Notes: generated by a model not told the origin, from the letters alone. A stretch of DNA of 64,000 nucleotides from an uncultured Gemmatimonadaceae bacterium (GCA_963843845.1 CAWJMB010000002.1:1824001-1888000); one strand, 5' to 3'. Shown: positions 45,567 through 55,991, counted from the first letter of the stretch. Program-made: numbers and translations.

Positions 45567-46613
45567 ATGCCGGAGCCAGTCATGGCGGCGACGACCGTGC
45601 GCCTCACCGTCGGCCAGCTGTTCGAGCGGCTCCGCGAACTACTCGAGCTCGAGCAGGTCGGTGCATCCGTCGGCCTCGCGCGGCCGGTGACGACGTCGGA
45701 AGCGTCGAGCCCCGGCCTCGTGCTCTCGGGGTACTTCAACCGCTTTCCACACGAGCGCATCCAGGTCTTCGGCGAGACCGAGATCACGTATCTGCTGACG
45801 CTGACACCGGCGGCGCGCGCGGACATCCTCGCGATGTACTTCTCGTTCGACATCCCGTGCGTGTTCGTGACGAAGTCGCTCGAGCCGCCGGCGCCGTTTC
45901 TCGATCTCGCCGAGCGCGCGGGGATCGCGGTCCTGCGGTCGCGGTTGAAGACGGCGGAGTTCTATCGACTCATCAAGCCCTTTCTCGCGAACCTGTTCGC
46001 GCCGACCGCGACGCTGCACGGCTCGCTCGCCGACGTGTTCGGCGTCGGACTGTTCTTCACGGGACAGAGCGGCATCGGCAAGAGCGAGTGCGTGCTCGAC
46101 CTCGTCGAGCGGGGGCACCGGCTCGTCGCCGACGACCTCGTGATCGTGACGCGGCGGGGCAACGACGTGCTGATCGGCCGCGGGCACGAGCTGCAACGAC
46201 ACTACATGGAGATCCGGGGGATCGGACTCATCGACATCCCGGCGATCTTCGGCATTCGCGCCGTGCGGCAGCAGAAGCGGCTCGAGGTCGTCGTGCAGCT
46301 CGAGGAGTGGAATCAGGACGTGCTCGTCGACCGTACGGGGCTCGATGGCGAAGTACAGACGATCCTCGGCGTGGAGCTGCCGAAGATTCGCGTGCCGCTG
46401 AATCCGGGGAAGAACATCACGGTGATCGCAGAAGTGATCGCGCTGAATCACCTCCTCCGGTACAGCGGGCACAACCCGGCGGAGGCGTTCAACCGGCGGC
46501 TGATCGACCGCATGCGCAGCGCGTCGGGGAACGGCGAGCGCGGCTCGTCCGAGTCGCCGATCGGCGTCGCCCGCGACGATGTGCGCAGCTACTTGCAGGA
46601 AGATGACGAATAG
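45567..46613 (+). CDS. hprK: HPr kinase/phosphorylase
   Basis: LHG, GQSGIGKSE Walker A, LVADD, MEIRGIGLID. Confidence 0.96.
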   Translation: MPEPVMAATTVRLTVGQLFERLRELLELEQVGASVGLARPVTTSEASSPGLVLSGYFNRFPHERIQVFGETEITYLLTLTPAARADILAMYFSFDIPCVFVTKSLEPPAPFLDLAERAGIAVLRSRLKTAEFYRLIKPFLANLFAPTATLHGSLADVFGVGLFFTGQSGIGKSECVLDLVERGHRLVADDLVIVTRRGNDVLIGRGHELQRHYMEIRGIGLIDIPAIFGIRAVRQQKRLEVVVQLEEWNQDVLVDRTGLDGEVQTILGVELPKIRVPLNPGKNITVIAEVIALNHLLRYSGHNPAEAFNRRLIDRMRSASGNGERGSSESPIGVARDDVRSYLQEDDE

Positions 46614-47076
46614 CGATGCGGCGCCCGACGCCACGCCGGCTGCGAGCGTGGCGCGCGCGGTGCTCGCCGGCCACGGCGACTTCGCCGCGGGACTCGCCTC
46701 GGCGGTCGCGCTCATCAGCGGCCGCGACGACGCGTTCGCGCTCGTCACGAACCGCGACCGCAGCGGCGTCGACATCGAGCGCGTGATCCGCGAATCGCTG
46801 GGCGCGGGCGACGGGGGCGTCGTGTTCACCGATCTCCCGGCCGGAAGCTGCACGCTCGCCGCTCGCCGTCTGCAGCGCGACCGTCCGCGCCTCGTCGTCG
46901 TGACCGGCGCGAACCTCGCGACGCTGCTCGACTTCGTGTTCGCCGCCGACGCGCCCGACGTCGCGCCCGAGCAGGCGGCCCGCGATGCCGCCGAACGTGG
47001 GCGCGCGGCGCTCGCCGCGCTGGAGGCCCCGCGACCGAGAGCGGCCGGCGAGGAGGGCGCGCGCGGTGCCGGTTGA
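46603..47076 (+). CDS. PTS mannose/fructose-family EIIA
   Basis: LAGHGDFA, FTDLPAGS, TGANLATLL. Confidence 0.85.
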   Translation: MTNSDAAPDATPAASVARAVLAGHGDFAAGLASAVALISGRDDAFALVTNRDRSGVDIERVIRESLGAGDGGVVFTDLPAGSCTLAARRLQRDRPRLVVVTGANLATLLDFVFAADAPDVAPEQAARDAAERGRAALAALEAPRPRAAGEEGARGAG

Positions 47077-47575
47077 GCTCTATCGGATCGACGACCGGCT
47101 CATCCACGGGCAGGTCGTCGTCGGCTGGGGACGCCCCCTCGACATCGGCTTCATCGTGCTCGTCGACGACGAGGTGGCGGCGAGCGAGTGGGAGCAGGAG
47201 CTCTACCGGATGGGCGTGCCGCCGGAGATGGACGTCCACTTCGTCGACGTCGATCAGGCGGTCGCGCAGCACACCGCGTTCGTCAGCGATCCGCGCCACG
47301 GACTGCTGTTGACGGGCGACATCCACTCGATGGCGCGGCTCGTCGGCGGCGTCGAGGCACAGGTCGGGGAGCCCCACATCGCGGCCGTGAACATCGGCGG
47401 GGTGCACCACCGCGCGGGGCGCACGCAGCGGATGCGCTACGTGTTCCTGACCGCCGACGAAGAGGCCGAGCTGCGCTCGCTCGCGCGCCGCGGCGTGGCC
47501 GTGACGGCGCAGGACGTTCCCTCCGCGCGCGCCGTGCCGCTCGACGACGTGCTGTCGGGGCGTGCGGGTGCCTGA
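47066..47575 (+). CDS. PTS mannose-family EIIB
   Basis: RIDDRLIHGQV, VNIGG, QDVP. Confidence 0.93.
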   Translation: MPVELYRIDDRLIHGQVVVGWGRPLDIGFIVLVDDEVAASEWEQELYRMGVPPEMDVHFVDVDQAVAQHTAFVSDPRHGLLLTGDIHSMARLVGGVEAQVGEPHIAAVNIGGVHHRAGRTQRMRYVFLTADEEAELRSLARRGVAVTAQDVPSARAVPLDDVLSGRAGA

Positions 47576-47602
47576 CGCGCAACGTGTGCGTCGAGCGACC
47601 GC

Positions 47603-48319
47603 ATGATCGTCCCGATCACGCCTCCGGCCGGCCTGCTGCCCACGGCGCTCCTGGGCGCGCTGCTCGGACTCGACGTCGTGAGCTTTCCGCAGGCGATGCT
47701 CTCGCGGCCGCTCGTCGCGGCGACGCTCGCGGGCGCGCTCGCCGACAACCTCGGTGCCGGGCTGCTCATCGGCGCGACGCTCGAACTGTTCGCGCTGGAG
47801 ACGCTGCCCATCGGCGCGTCTCGATATCCGGAGTGGGGATCGGCGGCGGTCGTCGGCGGGACGCTCTTCGCCGTCGCGAGCGCCGCGACCGATGACGCGA
47901 CGATGGTGCCGGGGGGGCTGTGCGTCGCGACGTTCGCGGCGCTCGCGACGGCGTGGGTCGGCGGCCGCTCGATGATCCTGCTTCGGCAGCTGAACGGTCG
48001 CCTCGCCCGGCGCCACCTCGACGACCTGGCGGCCGGATCGAGCGGCGCCGTGGTCGGACTGCAAATGTTCGGGCTCGTCGCCGACTTGCTCCGCGGGTTG
48101 TTCCTCGCGTTAGGCGCCCTGCTCGTGTGGCTTCCCGTGCAGGAGTTTCTGCTGTCGCACTGGAGCACCTCGGCCCGCGAGTCGCGCGCCGTGGCGGTCG
48201 GTCTCGCGGCGACCGTTGCGGCGGGCGCCGTATGGAAGCTCGTACACGCGTTCCCCCGCGCGCGCTGGCTCTTCTTCGGCGGCCTCGCGACCGGCCTGCT
48301 CGTCATGCAGCTCACGTGA
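47603..48319 (+). CDS. PTS mannose-family EIIC
   Basis: Polytopic; SRPLV, GATLEL, PIGA. Confidence 0.85.
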   Translation: MIVPITPPAGLLPTALLGALLGLDVVSFPQAMLSRPLVAATLAGALADNLGAGLLIGATLELFALETLPIGASRYPEWGSAAVVGGTLFAVASAATDDATMVPGGLCVATFAALATAWVGGRSMILLRQLNGRLARRHLDDLAAGSSGAVVGLQMFGLVADLLRGLFLALGALLVWLPVQEFLLSHWSTSARESRAVAVGLAATVAAGAVWKLVHAFPRARWLFFGGLATGLLVMQLT

Positions 48320-48326
48320 CGCTGAC

Positions 48327-49109
48327 GTGACGGCCGCCGCCGCGCAGGTCGCGCCCGCCGCACGCGCGCTCCCGCTCGCCACGCGCGCGTCGATCTTCGT
48401 GCGCCTCCTCGCGATCCAGGCGTCGTGGAACTACGAGATCCTGCTCGGCAACGGCGTCGGCTTCTGCACGGAGCCGGCGCTGCGACTGCTGCCGGGGGGG
48501 AAGGGAGGCGCGGCGTATCGTGCGGCGCTCGCGCGCCACAGCCAGTACTTCAACGCGCACCCGTACTTCGCCGGCGTGGCGGTCGGGGCGTTGATCCGCG
48601 CGGAGCTCGACGCGGAATCGCCGCAGCGCATCGAGCGCTTCCGCACGGCGCTGTGCGGTCCGTTGGGCAGCGTCGGCGACCGGCTCGTCTGGGCCGCGTG
48701 GCTGCCGTTCTGCTCCGTGCTCGCACTGCTCGCCTTCGGACTCGGTGCGGGCCCGTGGTTCGTCGTCGGGGGATTCCTCGTGCTCTACAACATCGGGCAT
48801 CTCGCCCTGCGCGGCTGGGCGCTGCACGTTGGACTCGCCCGCGGCCTGAAGGTCGCGCAGGCGCTCGGCGCGCCGGTGCTGCGTCAGGGGCCGCAGTGGC
48901 TGAGTCAGGGCGCTGCGTTCGTCGGCGGGGCCGCGCTGCCGGTCGCGCTGGCGCGGCTCATCGGTAGCGGTCGTGCTCTGTTGGGCGGTGTCATTCTCGC
49001 GGTGGTCGTCGGCGCGGTACTCATCGCCCGTCTGCACGGCCGCGTCGAAGGCTGGCGCCTCGCGCTCCTCGTTCTCGCAGGCTTCGTCCTCTTTTCCATC
49101 GTCCGATGA
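48327..49109 (+). CDS. PTS mannose-family EIID
   Basis: QASWNYE, YFNAHP, GPLGSVGDRL. Confidence 0.9.
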   Translation: MTAAAAQVAPAARALPLATRASIFVRLLAIQASWNYEILLGNGVGFCTEPALRLLPGGKGGAAYRAALARHSQYFNAHPYFAGVAVGALIRAELDAESPQRIERFRTALCGPLGSVGDRLVWAAWLPFCSVLALLAFGLGAGPWFVVGGFLVLYNIGHLALRGWALHVGLARGLKVAQALGAPVLRQGPQWLSQGAAFVGGAALPVALARLIGSGRALLGGVILAVVVGAVLIARLHGRVEGWRLALLVLAGFVLFSIVR

Positions 49110-49375
49110 TGGCCGAACAATCCGTCCGGATTCTCAACAAGAACGGCCTGCACGCGCGCCCCGCCGCCGAGATCGTGAAGGCCGCCGCGAAGTTCAAGAG
49201 CGACATCACCATCTCGCGCGAGGACATGGAGGTGAACGGAAAGAGCATCATGGGCGTGATGATGCTCGCCGCGGAGTTCGGATCGACGATCACCCTCCGC
49301 GCCGAGGGGCCAGACGCGCCCGACGCCGTCGCGGCGATCGTGTCCATCGTCGAGCGCAAGTTCGGCGAGACGTAG
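49106..49375 (+). CDS. ptsH: Phosphocarrier protein HPr
   Basis: GLHARPA (His15) and GKSIMGVM (Ser46). Confidence 0.97.
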   Translation: MMAEQSVRILNKNGLHARPAAEIVKAAAKFKSDITISREDMEVNGKSIMGVMMLAAEFGSTITLRAEGPDAPDAVAAIVSIVERKFGET

Positions 49376-49419
49376 TCGCCCGCTTTCCGTCTGGAGCCTG
49401 CCGCGATGAGCTTTCCGCG

Positions 49420-51184
49420 ATGAGTCGCACCCTGCGTGGTATCCCGGCGTCGCCGGGAATCGTCGTCGGTCCCGTGCACCTGCTGCGGTGGGAGGTGCCC
49501 GACGTGCCGCACCGCATCGTCCCGGACGAGGGGGTGCCGCAGGAGATCGCTCGGCTCCACGATGCCTTCGCGCACGCGCGGGAACGCGTCGAGATCGTCC
49601 GGCACCGCGCGGAGGAGCACGCCGGGCCCGACGAAGCGGCGATCTTCGATGTGCAGATCACCTTTCTGCACGACGTCGAGATCATCGGCGAGATCGAGCG
49701 GCTGATTCGACAGAACCTGAGCGCAGAGAAGGCGGTCGACCTCGCGATGCTCGAGAACCGGCGCCGCTTCGAGCGGAGCCCCCATGCGATGCTCCGCGAG
49801 CGGGTCGGCGACCTCGTGGACGTCCAGATCCGCGTGCTGGGCGCGCTGCTCGGGCTTCCGGACCACGAGCCGGTCGATGTGCCGAAAGGCACGAACGCCG
49901 TGCTCGTCACACACGACCTCACGCCCAGCATCACGGTGCAGCTCGACCGCGACGCGATCGCCGCCATCGCGACCGATGCCGGCACGAACACGTCGCACAT
50001 CGCGATCCTCGCGCGGTCCTTGGGCCTTCCTGCGGTCGTCGGTCTGCGCGACGCCTCGTCGCAGCTCGAGGGCGCCGACGCGCGTCGTGCTCGATGGCGC
50101 CGCCGGGACGCTGACCGTCGATCCCGACGATGCGGAGATCGAGGCGTTCCGCCACCGCGCAGCGCTCGAGGCGCAGGAGGCGGTGGAGCTGCGTGAGCTC
50201 GCCGACGCCGACCCTGTCACCCTCGACGGCGAGCGGCTCGTCATCCGGGCGAACGTCGACCTCCCGGAAGAGGCGGAGCACGCCGCGACCAGCGGCGCGG
50301 AAGGCGTCGGCCTCATGCGGACCGAGTTCCTCGTCGTCGGCCGCGCGTCGATGCCCGACGAGGAAGAGCAGTATCGCGCGTACGCGCGCGTGGTCGACGC
50401 GTTCGACGGGAAGCCGGTGATCATCCGGACGTTCGACGTCGGCGGCGACAAGCTTCCCGTCGGGGGCTTCCCCGTGGAACCGAATCCGTTCCTCGGCTGG
50501 CGCGCGATCCGGATGTGCCTCGACGAGCCGGCGCTGTTCAAGACGCAGCTCCGCGCGCTGCTCCGGGCCGCGACACACGGCGACGTGCGCATCATGCTGC
50601 CGCTCGTGGTCACGGTCGACGAGGTGCGCGCTGCGCGCGTGCTGCTGGAGGAGGCGGCGGCCGAGCTGCGCGAGCGAGGCGTGCCGCATCGCGACGAGAT
50701 TCCGTTGGGCGTCATGGTCGAGACACCGGCCGCCGCCGTCGCCGCCGACACGCTCGCGCGCGACGTGTCGTTCTTCAGCATCGGCACGAACGATCTCGTG
50801 CAGTACACGCTCGCCGTCGACCGCGGCAACGCGCTGCTCGCGCCGCGCTTCACGCCGCTGCACCCGGCAGTGCTCCGTCTCATCGCGCGCGTCGTCGAGG
50901 TCGCGCGCGAGGCGAACATCGACGTCGCGGTATGCGGCGAGATGGCATCGCAGCCGCTCATGGCGTACACGCTCATCGGGCTCGGGCTGCGTCAGCTCAG
51001 CGTCGGAGCGCGCACGGTACCGGCGGTGAAGCGCATCGCCCGCGGCATCACGGCCTCTCGCGCCGCCGCCGCCGCCACCCGCGCGCTGGCCGCGATGAGC
51101 GCGGCCGAGGCCGAGGCACTGTTGCTCGCCGCACTCGACGAGGAGCTCGCGCGCCCCGTTGCTGCACCTCGGGCGCGCCCGTAG
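49420..51184 (+). CDS. ptsI: PTS enzyme I (indel near 50070)
   Basis: [46 protein letters not shown]; no GAF domain. Confidence 0.95.
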
Positions 51185-51246
51185 AGTTCGACCGCACGCC
51201 CTCCGCGCCGCCTCGCGACGCGCTCACTCCTGCCCCCAGGCTCCAC

Positions 51247-52419
51247 GTGTCGTCCAGCCGTCTCTTCACGTCCGAATCGGTGACCGAAGGCCATCCCGAC
51301 AAGATCGCCGACCAGATCTCCGATGCGGTGCTCGACGCGATCCTCGAGAAAGATTCCGCGGCGCGCGTTGCCTGCGAGACGCTCGTCACCACGGGCCTCG
51401 CCGTCGTCGCCGGCGAGATCACGACGAACACGTGGGTCGACATCCCGGAGATCGTCCGCGGCACGATCCATCGCATCGGCTACACCGATGCGGCCTACGG
51501 CTTCGACAGCAAGACGTGCGCGGTGATGAGCACGATCGACAAGCAGTCGCCCGACATCGCGCAGGGCGTCGATACGGGCGGCGCCGGCGACCAGGGAATG
51601 ATGTTCGGCTACGCGAGCGACGAGACCGAGGAGATGATGCCGCTCCCGATCGTGCTCGCGCACCGCATCACCCGGCGCCTCGCGACGCTGCGCAAGGAAG
51701 GGCGGCTGCTGTGGCTGCGCCCCGACGGCAAGGCGCAGGTCACGGTGCGCTACGAGGACGGCGCCCCGCGCGAGGTCGAGACGGTCGTCGTCTCCACGCA
51801 GCATGCGGAGACGATCGCGCAGAAGGAGCTCGTCGAGGCGATCATCGAGGAGATCGTGAAGCCGAGCGTTCCGGAAGAGCTGCGCGCGAAGGACATGAAG
51901 TACCACATCAACCCGACCGGGCGATTCGTCATCGGCGGCCCGCAGGGCGACGCCGGGCTCACCGGGCGCAAGATCATCGTCGACACGTACGGCGGCATGG
52001 GGCGCCACGGGGGCGGCGCGTTCAGCGGCAAGGACCCGTCGAAGGTCGACCGTTCGGCGGCGTACGCCGCGCGCTGGGTCGCGAAGAGCGTCGTCGCCGC
52101 AGGACTCGCGAAGCGGTGCGAGGTGCAGCTCGCCTACGCGATCGGCGTCGCGGAGCCCGTGTCGATCATGGTCGATACCTTCGGCACCGGCACGGCCCCG
52201 GACGAGGCGATCCAGGCGGCGGCGCGCGACGTGTTCACGCTCACGCCGCACGCGATCATAGACGCGCTCGAGCTGCGCCGCCCGATCTTCGGCGTCACGG
52301 CCGCGTACGGACATTTCGGCCGGAAGCCGGAGTCGGTCGACGGCGGTGACGGCCCGATGACGACGTTCACCTGGGAGCGCACCGACAAGGTCGACGCGCT
52401 GCGCGCCGCGATCCGCTGA
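51247..52419 (+). CDS. metK: S-adenosylmethionine synthetase
   Basis: [40 protein letters not shown]. Confidence 0.98.
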   Translation: MSSSRLFTSESVTEGHPDKIADQISDAVLDAILEKDSAARVACETLVTTGLAVVAGEITTNTWVDIPEIVRGTIHRIGYTDAAYGFDSKTCAVMSTIDKQSPDIAQGVDTGGAGDQGMMFGYASDETEEMMPLPIVLAHRITRRLATLRKEGRLLWLRPDGKAQVTVRYEDGAPREVETVVVSTQHAETIAQKELVEAIIEEIVKPSVPEELRAKDMKYHINPTGRFVIGGPQGDAGLTGRKIIVDTYGGMGRHGGGAFSGKDPSKVDRSAAYAARWVAKSVVAAGLAKRCEVQLAYAIGVAEPVSIMVDTFGTGTAPDEAIQAAARDVFTLTPHAIIDALELRRPIFGVTAAYGHFGRKPESVDGGDGPMTTFTWERTDKVDALRAAIR

Positions 52420-52495
52420 TCCGGCATCGCCGGCACGTGTGCGGCGGGCACTGCCAGCGCGCCCACGGGTATTCTGACACGGACGCTCCCTGGAG

Positions 52496-53035
52496 ATGCA
52501 GATGGTGCAAGTCGTCGTGTCGCGACTCGGGCTGGACAGCTCGACGAATACGTACGTCGTGATCCTGCAAGAGCGCGGCGGATCGCGCGAGTTGCCGATC
52601 TGGATCGGGCAGCCCGAGGCCGAAGCGATCGTCATGCAGATGAACAACGTGAAGCGCGAGCGGCCGTTCACGCATGACCTCTGCAAGAGTCTCATCCTGG
52701 GACTCGGCGCTACGCTGCGGCGGGTGCACATCACGCGCGTCCAGCAGCGCACGTACTTCGCCGAGCTGCACCTCGCCGGCGTGAACGGCGAGGTGCAGAT
52801 CGACGCGCGTCCCTCGGATTCGATCGCGGTCGCGCTGCGGCTGCAGGCGCCCATCTTCGCCGACGAATCACTGCTCGGCGCGTCGACGGCGGAGTCGGGC
52901 TCGGACGACGAGTCCGGCTACACGTCGCCGCCGGCGAACGCTCGGCTGGATCCGGGCGATACGCTCGATGCCGACCAGTTGAAGGCATACCTCGAGAACC
53001 TCCGGCCGGAGGATTTCGGGAAGTTCAACCTCTGA
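52496..53035 (+). CDS. Bifunctional nuclease family protein (DUF151)
   Basis: LPIWIG..EA, RPFTHDL, DARPSDSIAVA, C-terminal LENLRPEDF. Confidence 0.9.
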   Translation: MQMVQVVVSRLGLDSSTNTYVVILQERGGSRELPIWIGQPEAEAIVMQMNNVKRERPFTHDLCKSLILGLGATLRRVHITRVQQRTYFAELHLAGVNGEVQIDARPSDSIAVALRLQAPIFADESLLGASTAESGSDDESGYTSPPANARLDPGDTLDADQLKAYLENLRPEDFGKFNL

Positions 53036-53045
53036 CGACAGCCTG

Positions 53046-54275
53046 GTGAGCGCGATCCGCTGGCGAACCCTCGCCGCCGCGGCGCTGCTGGTCGGCGCAG
53101 CGCCGCTCGGCGCGCAGGGCACATCGCCGCTCGCGCGCGAGCGCGACATCCGTGGGTCGGTCCGCGTGAGTCGCGCGACTGGCGAGCAGCCGGTCGTCGG
53201 CACTTGGGTGACGCTTCACCGCGTCGCGGACGACAGCTCGGGTCCGCTCGATTCCGTTCGGTCGGATGGGCGCGGCACCTACGCGTTCCGTTTCCGGCCG
53301 TTCGGCGCTGCGGATGCCATCTACTTCGCGTCGGTTCGCTACGGCGACGTCGCGTACTTCACACCGCCGCTGAGCGAGGGCACCGGTGCGGACGCGGGCC
53401 GAATCGACGTGTTCGACACGACGACGCGCGCGGTTCCGATGTCGCTCCGCGGCCGGCATGTCATCGTCGCCGAGCCGGACGCCCGTGGCATGCGGCAGAT
53501 CGTCGAGGTCTACGAGGTCTCGAACGACTCATCGCTGACGATGATCGAGGCGACCGGCGCGACCGGCGGCACGTGGTCCGCGCCGATGCCCCGGGGCGCG
53601 GAGAAGGCGTCCGTCCGCTCGGGCGAGGTTCCGCCGGACGCGATGCAGTTCGCGCCGGGGCGTGCCGTGCTCCACATGCCGTTCGCGCCGGGCCTCAAGC
53701 AGATCGCATTCGGCTACGAGCTGCCGGCGAGTGCCTTCCCGATCGCGATCACCGCGCCCAAGCCCACCTCGGTGCTCGAGGTGCTGATCGAGGATCAGCG
53801 TGGGACGGTGAGCGGGGCGAAGGTCGTTGCCGTCGCGCCGGTGACCGCCGAGGGACGGCCGTTCCGACGCTATCTGGCGCAGGACGTTCCTGCGAATGCG
53901 GCGGTCACGATCGATGTGCCGGCGCCGGCGCCGACGTGGTCGCGGTGGATCGTCCCCGGAGTGCTCGTCGTGACGGGGCTCGGCATGCTCGGCGCGCTCC
54001 TCTGGAGCCGTCAGCGGCAGGCCGCCCGGGCGAGTCGTACCTCGCCGGACCGTGTCATGCTCGCGGAGGCGATGGGGCCAGCTGCGCTGCCGTGGCTGCC
54101 CACGGCCGAGCTCGACACCGATGCGGTCTCGATCGCCCGCGAGATCGCCGCGCTCGACGACGAGTTCGCGAACTCCGGCAGTCGCGAGACGAGTGCCGGC
54201 GAATACGAGCGTCGGCGCTCCGCGCTCAAGGCGCGCCTCGCAACGGCGATGCGCGAGGGCGCCCCCACGGGCTAG
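53046..54275 (+). CDS. Exported Ig-like protein with C-terminal TM and helical tail
   Basis: Signal peptide, carboxypeptidase-regulatory-like N-domain (VTLHRV..SDGRGTYAF), TM at about residues 300-320, tail EIAALDDEF..EYERRRSALKARL. Confidence 0.65.
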   Translation: MSAIRWRTLAAAALLVGAAPLGAQGTSPLARERDIRGSVRVSRATGEQPVVGTWVTLHRVADDSSGPLDSVRSDGRGTYAFRFRPFGAADAIYFASVRYGDVAYFTPPLSEGTGADAGRIDVFDTTTRAVPMSLRGRHVIVAEPDARGMRQIVEVYEVSNDSSLTMIEATGATGGTWSAPMPRGAEKASVRSGEVPPDAMQFAPGRAVLHMPFAPGLKQIAFGYELPASAFPIAITAPKPTSVLEVLIEDQRGTVSGAKVVAVAPVTAEGRPFRRYLAQDVPANAAVTIDVPAPAPTWSRWIVPGVLVVTGLGMLGALLWSRQRQAARASRTSPDRVMLAEAMGPAALPWLPTAELDTDAVSIAREIAALDDEFANSGSRETSAGEYERRRSALKARLATAMREGAPTG

Positions 54276-54310
54276 GGCTGGCGACGGGGAGAGTCCGGAG
54301 ACCGCTCCGT

Positions 54311-54316
54311 TAGCTT
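54311..54316 (+). promoter_or_regulatory. Putative -10 hexamer TAGCTT, 6 nt before the recO ATG (leaderless type)
   Basis: TAGCTT-TCGTTC-ATG; no SD. Confidence 0.5.
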
Positions 54317-54322
54317 TCGTTC

Positions 54323-55081
54323 ATGGCGCTCGTCACGACCGATGCGGTCGTTCTGCACTCGTTTCCGTACCTCGAGAGCTCGCGCATCCTGCGGCTCGCG
54401 ACGCGGGATGCGGGCGTCGTCTCCGTCCTCGCGAAGGGCGCGCGCCGCACACCCCGCCGTTTCGGGACGGCGATCGATCTGTTCGCCGAGGGCGAGGCGC
54501 AGTTTCACACGAAGCCCGGGCGTGAGCTTCACACGCTCGCCGCGTTCGACGTGGTGACCTCGCGCTCCGCGCTGAGTGACGAGCTTGGGCGGTTCGCTGC
54601 CGCTTCGGCAGTCGCGGAATTGATGCTTCGATTCGCGCGCGACGATACCCAGCCGGCGCTCTACGACGCGCTGCGCGTCACGCTCACGCGGATCGAAGCG
54701 GCGGCGGCCGCGTCGACGCGCGAGCTGGGCGTGGCAGGCGCCTGGCACCTGATCGCCGAGTTGGGCTTCGCGCCGACCCTCAGGGAGTGCAGCGAGTGCG
54801 ACGCCCACGTCCCACTCGATGTAGCAGCCGCGTTCAGCCACGCCTCGGGGGGAACCGTCTGTTCTGGCTGCGCGCGCATGGGAGGGCTTCGGCGGACCCT
54901 GCCGTCAGACGCGCGCGCCGCCATCGACCGCTGGGTCCGTGGGGAGCCGGCACCAGCCGCCGTCGACCTCAGCGCGATCCGGGCGCATCAGCGGCTCGTG
55001 CGCGAGTTCCTGCGCGAGCACCTGACCGATGGTCGTCCACTCCGCGCGTTCGAGGCGTGGGAGTCGGATCGATGGGGGTGA
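54323..55081 (+). CDS. recO: DNA repair protein RecO
   Basis: AVVL..YLESSRI..T..G..AKGAR OB fold; CSEC..CSGC zinc finger. Confidence 0.92.
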   Translation: MALVTTDAVVLHSFPYLESSRILRLATRDAGVVSVLAKGARRTPRRFGTAIDLFAEGEAQFHTKPGRELHTLAAFDVVTSRSALSDELGRFAAASAVAELMLRFARDDTQPALYDALRVTLTRIEAAAAASTRELGVAGAWHLIAELGFAPTLRECSECDAHVPLDVAAAFSHASGGTVCSGCARMGGLRRTLPSDARAAIDRWVRGEPAPAAVDLSAIRAHQRLVREFLREHLTDGRPLRAFEAWESDRWG

Positions 55082-55333
55082 GCGACGTTGCGTCGTTCCG
55101 CGTCTACGCGTCGGTGAGCGACAGGGTTTCGCGACGCGCGACGCCTGCGGGCACATCGTGCATGCAGGCAGGACGCGCCAGGCACCTACGTACGCATCCC
55201 GGGGTAACAAGCTACATGAGGTCCCGCGCGTAACGGCATCCGGCGAATGGGGTTGTTCTGCATGGCCGACCCACGTGGACGGAATCGACGAAGCGAGTTA
55301 CGCGGTCCGACCTCATCGAGCACTTGAAGCTGC

Positions 55334-55362
55334 TTGCACACCGTGCACTCGATCGTTAGGTT
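55334..55362 (+). promoter_or_regulatory. Putative sigma70 promoter TTGCAC-N17-TAGGTT
   Basis: Exact 17-nt spacing, about 80 nt upstream of the ATG at 55442. Confidence 0.5.
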
Positions 55363-55441
55363 GCGAGCGCGTGTAGTGTAATCCTTCCACCCTAACATGG
55401 AGTCTGTCTCAGGCACCTAGTCTGTCAGATTTGGGAACACC

Positions 55442-55894
55442 ATGAAGCTCCGTTGGGCAGCACTCCCAGTAGTGCTCGCGCTCAGCGCGCTCATGCCGCG
55501 CGGTGCTCACGCGCAGTCCGGTTCACAGCCGCCTGTGCAACGCCGCACCGGGTCCGTCGGGCAGAACTACCCGAACCCGTTCAACCCCGACACCCGTTTC
55601 CAGTTCACGGTCGGCGATCCGACGAGCTGTTCAGGCGAGCGACACCGCGTCACGATCCGCATCTTCAACCTGCTCGGGCAGGTAGTTGCCGTGCCGCAAG
55701 TCGAAGGTGGGGCCTCTTCGGTTCCGGGAGGTGCACCGATCGAGAACATCGAGCTTCCCTGCGGACCGTACGTCGCGTACTGGAATGGCAAGTACCTGAA
55801 TACAGGTCGAGATGCCGCGTCGAGCGTGTATCTCGGGCGAGTGGAGGTCGATGGTCGCGTCGTAGGTACGATCAGGATGTACCTCGGGAAGTAG
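55442..55894 (+). CDS. Small secreted protein consisting of one T9SS-CTD/FlgD-Ig-like domain
   Basis: Signal peptide (AHA-Q), [30 protein letters not shown] motifs. Confidence 0.75.
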   Translation: MKLRWAALPVVLALSALMPRGAHAQSGSQPPVQRRTGSVGQNYPNPFNPDTRFQFTVGDPTSCSGERHRVTIRIFNLLGQVVAVPQVEGGASSVPGGAPIENIELPCGPYVAYWNGKYLNTGRDAASSVYLGRVEVDGRVVGTIRMYLGK

Positions 55895-55918
55895 TCGGCC
55901 AACGCCTGCGAGCACGTC

Positions 55919-55951
55919 AACCGCCGACCGGATTCGTCCGGCCGGCGGTTT
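55919..55951 (+). terminator. Hairpin terminator
   Basis: AACCGCCG-A-CCGGA-TTCG-TCCGG-C-CGGCGGTT followed by T. Confidence 0.65.
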
Positions 55952-55991
55952 CGCATTCCTCCCTCCAGACTGCCAATCTGACGGCGGAGCG

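Noticed and set aside
51185..51246. SAM riboswitch before metK (and FMN riboswitch before ribD)
   Set aside because: The spacer is only 62 nt with no recognisable aptamer, and ribD overlaps the upstream gene.
55186..55416. 76-aa minus-strand ORF with CTVC
   Set aside because: No SD, atypical codon usage, and it overlaps the putative promoter and inverted repeats; insufficient support.
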